IMG/VR virus record: IMGVR_UViG_3300026549_000054 | Coordinates: 40,767-104,766 of that record | Direction: 5' to 3' (one strand) | DNA from: a virus | Taxonomy: Duplodnaviria; Caudoviricetes | Length of the DNA: 64,000 bases | Shown here: in pieces, positions 55,305 through 64,000 of the stretch | Layout of the letters: each line of letters starts with the position of its first letter | Numbering within the stretch: position 1 is the stretch's first letter | Program-made: the position numbers and the translations under genes | The notes under the pieces: generated by a model | What the model saw: only the letters and a program-made list of their open reading frames with translations | What the model was told of the DNA's origin: nothing | The model's database searches: none

Positions 55305-56684
55305 TTATGAAATGGAACAGACTTCGTCATCTGCTTCACCATTCAAAAGGTCTGCAATTTCTTCATCAGATAGTCCTAAGGCTTTAAGTTTATTGACATC
55401 CCATTTCTTATTGGTTTTTTCATTTAGCCAAGTCTTGAAGTCTTGTTCCGTACTTTCTGTTTTTGTTTGTGTTTCTTCTTTTCTTATTGTTTTGATTTCG
55501 CCCACTTTCTTTAGTGGTTTGAAAGCGTGTGTATGTGTCATTTGTTTAAATTGGTCTTTGCCCATAAGGTAAGGTTCCTTATCTATATCGTTAATAGGGA
55601 ATAATGCTAATGCTTGTGGTGCTTCAATTTTAGCTGCACTAATTTTATTTGTTGCTCCATTTAAGCAGTTAATGCCGTGGTATCGTGCTTCCATTTGTAA
55701 TTTATAATCGTTACCAGCGTATTCAAATACACCTTCTCTACAAATGCCCATTAGTTTTTCAAAGTCTGTTCTGTTCATAATAGAATAAGTGTAATTCTTC
55801 TTTATTTTACCAAAGACTTGTACATATTCATAATATGATTCAACAATGAAAGCATCTTTTAATTTGTTAATGAGAGCCATTTTATCTTGTTCAGCATTTT
55901 TACTTTTATACTCATTTCTAGTAATGCCTAATTCTTTGTACTTCTTATTCAATTCTTTGGCTTTCTTTAACCAGATACCATTATGACAAGTAGCATCTGA
56001 ACAATCTAATATAGAAAGCCACTTTCTTCTTTTACCACGGCAAAAATAATTATATGCTTCATACCAAGCTTCTTCAGCCAATCCATTATCATAACAGTGA
56101 ACATAATAGTGAAGCATTTCGTGAACAAGTGTATTTCTAAATTCTGCTAATGAAACATTACAACTAGGGTCAATTAAAATTACTGATGGTTCAAACTTTT
56201 GTGCACTGAAATTAACTGAGTAACTAAATTTTCCCATACAATCTTTTAATGGTTCTATTCTGACAGGGAGTTTATCTAGTTTGTTATCAAAATACTTAGC
56301 ATTAAATTTGTCAAAAGCCTGATTAACGAATTCATTTGTTAATTCTATCTTTTGGTAGTCGCTTGAATCTATTTCAACTTCGGCTGGTTTTTCATTTTGA
56401 ACAGGAGTTTCGTCTTTTGGCTCTCTATGTTTGATAACTGTAGTATCTTCACCAGTTTCCAAATAAGTTGCGATAGTGTCAATAAGACTTCTAATCTTAC
56501 CTTTGGCTCTATCATCTAAGGGGTATTCGTGATAAATGTAAGCCAGTTGATTTTTGATTTTCATTGAGTTCTTTTTATTCTTTTTCCAAGAGTTATATGC
56601 GTGGATAGCCTTCCAATAGTTATCCATCTGGTCAGGAGACAAATCATCTGCTAATTTTTCGTTTAAAAAATGCTCAAATTCCAT
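55305..56684 (-). CDS. SprT-like metalloprotease-domain protein
   Basis: FNAKYFDNKL..NTLVHEMLH..CHNGIW; N-terminus MEFEHFLNE. Confidence 0.8.
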   Translation of the reverse strand: MEFEHFLNEKLADDLSPDQMDNYWKAIHAYNSWKKNKKNSMKIKNQLAYIYHEYPLDDRAKGKIRSLIDTIATYLETGEDTTVIKHREPKDETPVQNEKPAEVEIDSSDYQKIELTNEFVNQAFDKFNAKYFDNKLDKLPVRIEPLKDCMGKFSYSVNFSAQKFEPSVILIDPSCNVSLAEFRNTLVHEMLHYYVHCYDNGLAEEAWYEAYNYFCRGKRRKWLSILDCSDATCHNGIWLKKAKELNKKYKELGITRNEYKSKNAEQDKMALINKLKDAFIVESYYEYVQVFGKIKKNYTYSIMNRTDFEKLMGICREGVFEYAGNDYKLQMEARYHGINCLNGATNKISAAKIEAPQALALFPINDIDKEPYLMGKDQFKQMTHTHAFKPLKKVGEIKTIRKEETQTKTESTEQDFKTWLNEKTNKKWDVNKLKALGLSDEEIADLLNGEADDEVCSIS

Positions 56685-56688
56685 ATTT

Positions 56689-56700
56689 TATTTATAAATA
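56689..56700. promoter_or_regulatory. Overlapping divergent T4-type late promoters
   Basis: TATTTATAAATA palindrome gives TATAAATA on both strands between divergent genes. Confidence 0.7.
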
Positions 56701-56708
56701 ATTAAGAT

Positions 56709-57572
56709 ATGACAGATTTCGCTAGTGAATTTAAGAAAATTTTTAGTAATAGTTGCCCACCACAGACAGACTGGAACCAACCTAGATACTTTGATTCCTT
56801 AAACAATGACTGTTATGGTAGTGAAGCAGCTTTAATGGCAAGTTTAACGAGCGAAGCTTATAACAAATATGGTTTATCTGTTTATTATTTTGTTAAAGAA
56901 CACGATACAAAGTTTGACCCATTACTTGGCGAAGACCAATTAGAAAACATTAAAAGAAGATTTGCTTTACAAGTCTATGCCGAGAATGTTCCACAATTAC
57001 AGAAACAGTATCAATTACAAGGTATGATTTATACCGAAATTGTGGAAGTTCAATGTACAATTCAACATTTCGCTGAAGCTTCTCGTTACGATTGGAAAAC
57101 AGAAAATCCAACCGCATACGATTCTATTGTTCCAAAGATAGGCGACTTAATGTATTTCAAATACTCTGATTTGTATTATGAAGTTTTGAATGTAAAAGAT
57201 TTTGCTGAAGGCACAACTTTCTTAAGTACACCAATTACATACAAGTTTAGTTTGAGAGTTTGGAGAAATTCTCACGAAAATGTGGATGAATTGAATGTAA
57301 ACGATGACAATATGGAACATTTGAGAAGTTATGTTGAACTTGGCGAAACTTTCAATGTTGAACACGATATGGGTGAAAACAACAAGCATATATCCGTGGA
57401 AGAACACCCTGACTACGTTCCTGACCAGACTAGCGTCGTTAAGGCCCAGGGAGACATACTGGCTATAAACGATAATCTCAAAGAAAAGGAGCAAGCACAG
57501 GCCGTTTATGACCCAAATACTGACGAGTCTAAAAAAGATTTGACCCGAATTGACCCCTTTGACGGTTGGTAA
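56709..57572 (+). CDS. Neck/head completion protein, T4 gp14-like
   Basis: EAYNKYGLSVYY..DPLLGED..PKIGDLMYF..YEV pattern. Confidence 0.8.
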   Translation: MTDFASEFKKIFSNSCPPQTDWNQPRYFDSLNNDCYGSEAALMASLTSEAYNKYGLSVYYFVKEHDTKFDPLLGEDQLENIKRRFALQVYAENVPQLQKQYQLQGMIYTEIVEVQCTIQHFAEASRYDWKTENPTAYDSIVPKIGDLMYFKYSDLYYEVLNVKDFAEGTTFLSTPITYKFSLRVWRNSHENVDELNVNDDNMEHLRSYVELGETFNVEHDMGENNKHISVEEHPDYVPDQTSVVKAQGDILAINDNLKEKEQAQAVYDPNTDESKKDLTRIDPFDGW

Positions 57573-57609
57573 TTATAAATAATAGACAAATTAAATGTGA
57601 GGTGATATT

Positions 57610-58029
57610 ATGATAGAGAAAAAATGTAAAATCTGCGGTAACTTCTTTCATTCACGAAAGATAGCAATGCATTATTGGAATATCCACCATAAGAAATATG
57701 GCGAATATAAAGATAATGAAGAAACGAGAGAAGTTCCTGACCCAGTTGGAGAAGAAGATGAGAAGAAAACCAGTAAGAAAACCAAAGCCAGTTCCACCAC
57801 AGGAACCACAGAAGTAGAAATCCAAACAACCCCGATAGAAACCGAAACAGTTCAAGAAGGTATTGTAAAAGTACCTGAAACAGAAGAAATCCCTTCGCCT
57901 GAATTATGGAAAGAAACAGCCCACTTGTTTGATGGGCCTGTTACTAATGAAGCAAGTAATGTTTTAAGAAAAACAGAAAAAGCAAATCCATTTGATAACG
58001 GCGAAACTATAAACGAATGGTGTAATTAA
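57610..58029 (+). CDS. C2H2 zinc-finger protein with acidic tail
   Basis: CKICG..F......HYWNIH; late promoter at 57574-57581. Confidence 0.65.
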   Translation: MIEKKCKICGNFFHSRKIAMHYWNIHHKKYGEYKDNEETREVPDPVGEEDEKKTSKKTKASSTTGTTEVEIQTTPIETETVQEGIVKVPETEEIPSPELWKETAHLFDGPVTNEASNVLRKTEKANPFDNGETINEWCN

Positions 58030-58031
58030 AT

Positions 58032-58316
58032 ATGAAAATTTTAACTCCCACAGGTTATCAAAATTATCAAAAGATTATTAAGAAGAAAGCTGAATGTATT
58101 AAGCTTGTTTTTGACGATACAAGCATAAATTGTAGTTTAGACCACCGATTTGACAATGACGGTGTAGAAATTCCCGCAAACAAACTAAAAGTAGGTGATA
58201 CTTTGTGCGGAAAGGTAATCAAAAAGATAGTTCCTTTGGGTGTTAAAGATGTTTATTCACCACTTATGGTAGAAGGTGGACATAAATACTTATCAAATGG
58301 TTTAATAAACTATAAC
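58032..58316 (+). other. Split intein C-fragment (95 aa)
   Basis: KILTPTGY, CSLDH (block B), DVY (block F), terminal Asn followed by Cys+1. Confidence 0.9.
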
Positions 58317-59066
58317 TGTTCATTTGAAGGTTCTTCACCTACACTTATTGAAGGTGATATAATCAAAACTTGGATTGGTATTGAACCAAAACGCACAGAT
58401 TATGGTTATCACATGAAAGTATTTGAAGATCCAATGCCCGGTGTTACTTATGTAATGGGTGTGGATAGTTCAACTGGTGTCGGTCAAGACGATTGTGCGT
58501 TCCAAGTTCTTAAAATTGTGAACAAAGAATTATACGAACAGGTAGCTGTTTATAAAAACAACAAAATTAAACCATACGAATATGCCGCTGTGGTTGCCGA
58601 AGCAAGTGAACGATACAATAACTGTCTTATGGTTGTTGAAAACAATGACTGTGGACGTTTCGTTACTGAAGAACTTTGGTATAACATTGGATGTGGTAAC
58701 ATATTGAATACAGATGGCAAAGGTATTGGTACAAGAGCAACACCTGCATCTAAACTTGAGGCCTGTATTATGCTTCGTGACGTAGCAAACGCAAAGAAAC
58801 TTATTATTCACGATTCCGAAACGATTTATCAGTTGAGTAGATTTGAACAAATCTCACCAAACCACTTTAGAGGTGCTAAAGGTTGCCACGATGACCTTGT
58901 ATCTAGTTTATATTGGGCAATTTATTGCTTGAAACAACCTCAATTTGATTTGGATGCTGTACAGAACGCAGTAGTTGCTAAAAATGTTCAAGACGATTAC
59001 GCTCCTCCACCTTGTTTATTTGATGAGTCATCAGACAATAGTGATTTTTGGAAGAGTTTTAATTAA
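58032..59066 (+). CDS. terL: C-intein fused to terminase large subunit C-terminal (nuclease) half
   Basis: Intein ends YLSNGLINYN/C; extein CSFEGSSPTLI, YVMGVDSSTGVGQDD, VVENN, GCHDDLV. Confidence 0.95.
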   Translation: MKILTPTGYQNYQKIIKKKAECIKLVFDDTSINCSLDHRFDNDGVEIPANKLKVGDTLCGKVIKKIVPLGVKDVYSPLMVEGGHKYLSNGLINYNCSFEGSSPTLIEGDIIKTWIGIEPKRTDYGYHMKVFEDPMPGVTYVMGVDSSTGVGQDDCAFQVLKIVNKELYEQVAVYKNNKIKPYEYAAVVAEASERYNNCLMVVENNDCGRFVTEELWYNIGCGNILNTDGKGIGTRATPASKLEACIMLRDVANAKKLIIHDSETIYQLSRFEQISPNHFRGAKGCHDDLVSSLYWAIYCLKQPQFDLDAVQNAVVAKNVQDDYAPPPCLFDESSDNSDFWKSFN

Positions 59067-59684
59067 ATGAGCTTTGCTAATAAAATAATACCTAGATTAG
59101 GACAACCGGCTGACAACAGTGAATGGTATGTTAATGCGATGTATCAGTCTTTAAACGAATATATGGCTGATATTGAAATTGCTATGGCAAGACCACAATT
59201 CACAATAGCCGGTATTACTACAGTTCCTGGTTCTCCACCTATTCCAACACCTGTAACAGCTCCAGTAGGTCAGGTTTCAAACAAACATATACGATTAACA
59301 TATCCTGAAGTAAAAGCAGCTATGTTTTGTGGGAATGGAGCATTAACTTTTCCTAATTTGTTCAAACTATTTGCATCCAAACTAATGCTTAATTTCAACA
59401 ATGCTTATTCTTCGGCGATAGTTAGTGGACTTACCGCATTTACATTTGATGCTATAACACCTTTCACAACAATGGTAACAGCATTTATGACAGAAATAAC
59501 TGGTATTGGGGCAGCTGGTGCTATGACACCTGAAATTTTCCATAATTCAATGAGTAAATACTTGGATTTAGCATTTAAATCTATCATTCCAGTAACAATG
59601 CCCTTTGTAGGTATGGGTTTAGTTCCAACAGGTCCGTTTACTGGCACGATTGTAATAGCATTTCAACAGGTAGTATTAGTATGA
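59067..59684 (+). CDS. Hypothetical, probably virion-associated protein
   Basis: A/G/P/T-rich ORF in the structural operon. Confidence 0.6.
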   Translation: MSFANKIIPRLGQPADNSEWYVNAMYQSLNEYMADIEIAMARPQFTIAGITTVPGSPPIPTPVTAPVGQVSNKHIRLTYPEVKAAMFCGNGALTFPNLFKLFASKLMLNFNNAYSSAIVSGLTAFTFDAITPFTTMVTAFMTEITGIGAAGAMTPEIFHNSMSKYLDLAFKSIIPVTMPFVGMGLVPTGPFTGTIVIAFQQVVLV

Positions 59685-60562
59685 TAGCACAAACATATAA
59701 TAATTATTGGAAACTTGATTTGAAAGAATTACCAACAATGGGTAAGTTATATCCTGAAGGTACAGTAATCAAGATTAGACCTTTAAATGTTCAAGAAATC
59801 AAATACTTGGCAACCATTTGTGAAGAAAATGCTACTGATATCATTAACGAGATACTTGAGAAATGTGTATTATTGAAAAACATTGAATTTGAAGATATAT
59901 TTTTAGGTGACAGAACTTATTTAGCATTTTGGGTTCGTATTAACAGTTTCACAAAGAACTCTGGTTACGATATAAACATTAAGGAATGTGATAAGTGTAA
60001 GAACCCTTATACAACCAACATAAAACTAACAGACTTTGAAGAAAAATATATCACTGAAGACCCACAGGAAATAGATTTACCTGATGCTGGTATTACATTG
60101 AAATTAAAATACCCTACAATTAGGGATTTGGAAGTCAAATGCGAAGATAAAGAAGTAGAAAAATTTATTCGTCATATTGACGTTGCCGACAAAAATGTTG
60201 TTATATTGGAACAATTCATTAGAGGACTAAGTGCCTTAGATTATTCCATAATGAAAAACACAATAGATAAAATGGAAATCGGATTTAGTAATCAGGTAAC
60301 CATTTATTGTCCTTTGTGCGGACAGCCACACACTTACACGATTGAATATACTGATATGGGATTGTTAGGTAGTGTAAACATATTTGAAATTCTTGAAATG
60401 ACATTGAGAATAGCCAAGTCAATGAATTATCAAATTATGGATGATATGCCTTGGATGGAAGTAGAAATCTTACAGGAAGCTGCTAATAAGATTGACGAAG
60501 AAGAAAGAAAGCAGATGGAAAAAGACAATGGTAAGATTACTATGAACAGAAATAATATATAA
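59681..60562 (+). CDS. Baseplate hub assembly protein, T4 gp26-like
   Basis: LPTMGKLY..IRPLNVQE..GDRTYL..VRINS, CDKC and CPLCG, KYPT. Confidence 0.7.
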   Translation: MIAQTYNNYWKLDLKELPTMGKLYPEGTVIKIRPLNVQEIKYLATICEENATDIINEILEKCVLLKNIEFEDIFLGDRTYLAFWVRINSFTKNSGYDINIKECDKCKNPYTTNIKLTDFEEKYITEDPQEIDLPDAGITLKLKYPTIRDLEVKCEDKEVEKFIRHIDVADKNVVILEQFIRGLSALDYSIMKNTIDKMEIGFSNQVTIYCPLCGQPHTYTIEYTDMGLLGSVNIFEILEMTLRIAKSMNYQIMDDMPWMEVEILQEAANKIDEEERKQMEKDNGKITMNRNNI

Positions 60563-60698
60563 GTTCTCAAAAATAAAAATTTTCCGACAGTTTAAAGTTA
60601 ATTAACTATATTTAATCATAGTTAAAACAAATTAATAGACTCTGATAACTATGCGTAAGGACTGTAACAAGGAGGCTAATTAGAAAGGAAATTTTATT

Positions 60699-61326
60699 AT
60701 GGCGAAACAAGACGATGAAAAGAAGTATTATGTAGATAACGCACGATTGAGAGAAGTAATCATTGAGTATAATCGTATGAACATTGACGATAATCGGTGA
60801 TTGGTGTGCTTCGTATCTCCAGCGTTTGGAAAATAAATTTTTAAAGCAGAAAATCACAGAAGAAAAGTACAATTCTGCCAAACAATTTATCATAAACAAG
60901 TCTAGACAAATTAACAACCTTCACGAATCATATAATAATATGAGTCCTGAAGAAAAGCGTAAATTTAGACTTAATTTGGATAAACTAAAGAATGAAATGT
61001 GCGAATACTTCCTAAAGATTATTAACGGTCGTATCAATTCATTTAGACTTCGTTCATCAGGTGCTTTAAAGAACCACGAGGACATTAACGATATAGTCCA
61101 AGACGCATTTATCGCAGTAATGACATATATCAACCGTTACAATGATGAGAGAGCAACTTCTGCTTTCGCTTATGTAACCCAGCTCGCAACAAATAGCATT
61201 TTGTTCTCATTGAATGAAATTAAGGAACGTGAACAGAAAATGGTTACTGGACTTGATTTCTACGATAACTTGAACACTATTGATGACCCTCATAGTATGG
61301 ATGGTTTGAATAAGTTCGTGGAGTAA
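60699..61326 (+). CDS. Late-transcription sigma factor, T4 gp55-like (+1 frameshift near 60790)
   Basis: MAKQDDEKKYYVDNARLREVIIEY in one frame; DIVQDAFIAVMTYINRYN..SAFAYVTQ in the next. Confidence 0.8.
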
Positions 61327-61328
61327 TT

Positions 61329-61646
61329 ATGGGTGGTTGGGAATTACAATGTGATGGATATTCTACTGCTAGGTATTTGTGGGAACATTATCCTGAGTTA
61401 CACGATTTTCTTAAACCAATAGTAGAAGCAAATAAATGTACAAGGATTTATCCCTGCTATTTAAAAGTTGCTGATGAAAATGGTAATGAGTATTATGTTT
61501 TGCGATTTATGGGCAAAGGTAAAATGCCCATATACTGCACTACTGATAGAAACAAAAAGTTAGTTACCATTGTTGCTGTAACAAGAAAAGTACCTGTAGC
61601 AGAATTAGATTTAAACGAATTATACGAACATAGGGAATTACAATGA
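61329..61646 (+). CDS. Hypothetical protein
   Basis: ORF in operon. Confidence 0.65.
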   Translation: MGGWELQCDGYSTARYLWEHYPELHDFLKPIVEANKCTRIYPCYLKVADENGNEYYVLRFMGKGKMPIYCTTDRNKKLVTIVAVTRKVPVAELDLNELYEHRELQ

Positions 61647-62155
61647 AAGAAATTGAAGTAGAAGTTACTTTGTTGGAAATCAAGAATTTGTATGAGTATT
61701 TCTTTGCTGCATACAGACAACCTGGTTTGAGCCTTGAATGGAGTAAGGTAACAGTAAAGAATGTAAAATACTTGGAAACCCCATACAACCAAATTAGTCA
61801 GGGTGTTTACAATGAAGAAAAAGACCCAAAATTCTTTGAGTTCAGTGACAAATACCAAAAACTAATTAAGAAGTATGCGGACCGTGATGACCAAGGAAAC
61901 ATTGTTTATGAAAATGATGACCCGGTCATTACAGAAATGATAGTAGAATTTGATAAAGCAAAGACTGAACTAGAATGTGAATACAAAGACTTGTTAGACA
62001 AATTACATAACAAGAATGATATTAACAATAAATTCTTAAATCAAAAGGTCAAGATTAAGATAATGGTGCCGAACCTTGAGAGTGATATACCTGGAGCTGT
62101 TCCGCCATTTGTTGTAGATGTTGTTACACGATATACAAAGAAAGAGGGTGAATAA
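61643..62155 (+). CDS. Hypothetical protein
   Basis: LIKKYADRDDQG motif; coupled ORF. Confidence 0.65.
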   Translation: MKEIEVEVTLLEIKNLYEYFFAAYRQPGLSLEWSKVTVKNVKYLETPYNQISQGVYNEEKDPKFFEFSDKYQKLIKKYADRDDQGNIVYENDDPVITEMIVEFDKAKTELECEYKDLLDKLHNKNDINNKFLNQKVKIKIMVPNLESDIPGAVPPFVVDVVTRYTKKEGE

Positions 62156-62167
62156 CCCTCTTTTTTA

Positions 62168-62935
62168 TTATACCTTAACTTGTATGTTACCCAAACAATG
62201 CGGTGCTCCACAAATCAAGCACGATGGTAAGTTGTTCACAAGTTGTTTTGCTAAATTATTTCCTAATGTAATTTGTCCTGTAGTTGCTTGTATATCTACA
62301 TTTCCGAAAGCACTAACAGTAGTATTTCCCATTGAGTTAATCGTAACATCACCACTTACATTTACATTCAATGGTGCTGGACCAGCACTATAAATGCTAG
62401 TTTGTATATCAATACTTCCATCTGGGTTAATTCTTGTGACAGCACCTGTGTGGTGAGTAAAAGCAATCTCACCTGTCTTACGATTCATAACAAGATAATC
62501 TCTCTGGTCTGTTTGGAACAATACCATTGTCTGTGGATAGTCTTCAGTTCTTAAAAACCAATCCTTTGGGTTATATTTCAAATCTGAATATGAAGCGTTA
62601 AATGCGACAGAAGTATATACTGGCTTACTATCGTCACCGTTATCAAAATAACCACGAACAATAGTGTTCAATTCAGGAATAACGAAATTACCTTTAGTTG
62701 ATGCCATAGAAGGTATATCTGGAATAGCCCAAGGAATGTTAGTTGTGGCTAAATCGTCATAATAACCATAGATTTTAATCTGACATCTACCTAATTGGTC
62801 TGGGTCATTGTTGTTAATGACAATACCAGTCCAGTGGTTGTTATCAGGTGTGTCTTTCTTTGGCACAATTTGGTCAGTAGCAATACTCTGTGTATTACCG
62901 CCCATAAGTTGTCTAAATTGTTCTATATCATTCAT
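62168..62935 (-). CDS. Baseplate spike/hub protein, gp5 N-terminal OB-fold type
   Basis: WTGIVINNNDPDQLGRCQIKIYG..IPWA..FDNGD; beta-repeat region; C-terminal CLICGAPH. Confidence 0.8.
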   Translation of the reverse strand: MNDIEQFRQLMGGNTQSIATDQIVPKKDTPDNNHWTGIVINNNDPDQLGRCQIKIYGYYDDLATTNIPWAIPDIPSMASTKGNFVIPELNTIVRGYFDNGDDSKPVYTSVAFNASYSDLKYNPKDWFLRTEDYPQTMVLFQTDQRDYLVMNRKTGEIAFTHHTGAVTRINPDGSIDIQTSIYSAGPAPLNVNVSGDVTINSMGNTTVSAFGNVDIQATTGQITLGNNLAKQLVNNLPSCLICGAPHCLGNIQVKV

Positions 62936-62943
62936 AATCTCAC

Positions 62944-64000
62944 CTATTTCTTTTTAGCCTTTTCTTCCTGTTCTTCCAATATACCCATTCCGTAAGTACC
63001 ATCTGTAACACATTTGACTTCCATTGTGTAAGACTGGAATGCTTTGAAATGGTGCGATATACCAGCAATAATATAATTACCAGTATGGATTTTATCAACC
63101 GCATCTGCAGTAGAGAAATCCATATTTATTTTGTCACCGAGTACAGGGCGACATTTAGCTGTTTGATATTCTTTTGGTAATCTATGAACATCAACAGTCA
63201 TATTTATAAAGTTTTGAAAGAACGAACGTCTAATCATTTCATTATGAACTGGTGCTATATCGTAGTGGTCGTGATACTCTTTGAAATATACGCCAGCGTC
63301 AATGTTCTTTGTTAATCTATCTAATTGAGAAGCAGCTTTATTACTTCTACTTGCGATATACGGGTCATCTTGCTGATAAACGGCTTCTCTAAATTTTCCT
63401 AATGTTTTCTTGTCTGCAATTTGTGCGTCCACAATGCCCATAGGGTCTAGGTTACCTTGGGCTGCCAAATCCTTCAATAATTCAACAACGTCTATATCTT
63501 TTGGTGTAATATCCAAATCAAATAATGATAATGCGTTATAAGGTGTGTAGTAATTAGCACGAACCTTATAACCACCCTGGTTTAGAATAGGGCCAGCTGC
63601 GTGTAAGAATTGTACTGAAGTAAATGGGTATTCCAAATCTTCTTTCTGTGTGCTAGAACCTTGTAGACTTTCAATATAATTCTTGACATTGGTAAATGTA
63701 CAAAGTTTCTTTTGTTGTGCTATTGTCTTGATAGAAGTATAAATTGTTTCACCATTCAAATTTGTATAGAGAATTGGAGCATCATCTTTGTCAATCCAAG
63801 CGTGTTCAACAATCTTCTCAATGAACTGGGCTCTTGTTTTGCGACAATTTAACCACAATCCTTTATCACTACCATCTATCTTCTTTGTAAGTTTCAATGT
63901 TGTATCGTCTAATACTTCTTGAATAGCTTCGTCACTTCTTTTTGTGTTTTGGAACAACAAAGAATCAGGAGTTGTTTTTGGATATGAAGCAATTTCATTC
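62944..64000 (-). CDS. Baseplate hub-like protein (5' end outside window)
   Basis: C-terminal LGDKI..TGNYIIAGISHHF typical of gp27/VgrG-like hubs; adjacent to gp5-like gene. Confidence 0.55.
   Translation of the reverse strand, partial: NEIASYPKTTPDSLLFQNTKRSDEAIQEVLDDTTLKLTKKIDGSDKGLWLNCRKTRAQFIEKIVEHAWIDKDDAPILYTNLNGETIYTSIKTIAQQKKLCTFTNVKNYIESLQGSSTQKEDLEYPFTSVQFLHAAGPILNQGGYKVRANYYTPYNALSLFDLDITPKDIDVVELLKDLAAQGNLDPMGIVDAQIADKKTLGKFREAVYQQDDPYIASRSNKAASQLDRLTKNIDAGVYFKEYHDHYDIAPVHNEMIRRSFFQNFINMTVDVHRLPKEYQTAKCRPVLGDKINMDFSTADAVDKIHTGNYIIAGISHHFKAFQSYTMEVKCVTDGTYGMGILEEQEEKAKKK

Noticed and set aside
1-64000. CRISPR array, DGR, or stop-codon reassignment
   Set aside because: No regularly spaced repeats, no reverse transcriptase or TR/VR pair, no suppressor anticodons; genes translate intact with the standard code.

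Overview
This window is part of an AT-rich, T4-like (myovirus-type) jumbo phage genome that uses the standard code; the host cannot be determined from the sequence. Its ends carry core genes: type II topoisomerase B subunit, baseplate gp53/gp26/gp5/hub-like proteins, neck gp13 and gp14, a gp55-like late sigma factor, a CCA-adding enzyme, and a terminase large subunit split into two genes about 52 kb apart on opposite strands, each bearing half of an atypically split intein. The middle is a minus-strand accessory region driven by many TTGACA-N17-TATATT promoters. It holds two arrays of short paralogs ending in a shared ...K(L/I)xx(I/M)xxDF tail, three TAGT-like glycosyltransferases, a MoxR/VWA pair, and 32 tRNA genes covering all 20 amino acids in two clusters interspersed with homing endonucleases and probable structured ncRNAs. 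The best novel candidate is a 37-codon leader ORF with terminator/antiterminator in front of the 19-tRNA cluster. Its first 32 codons use exactly the 16 amino acids that cluster supplies, suggesting a ribosome-stalling attenuator that switches on phage tRNAs when host tRNAs are depleted. All calls were read by eye from motifs; no database searches or folding programs were run.
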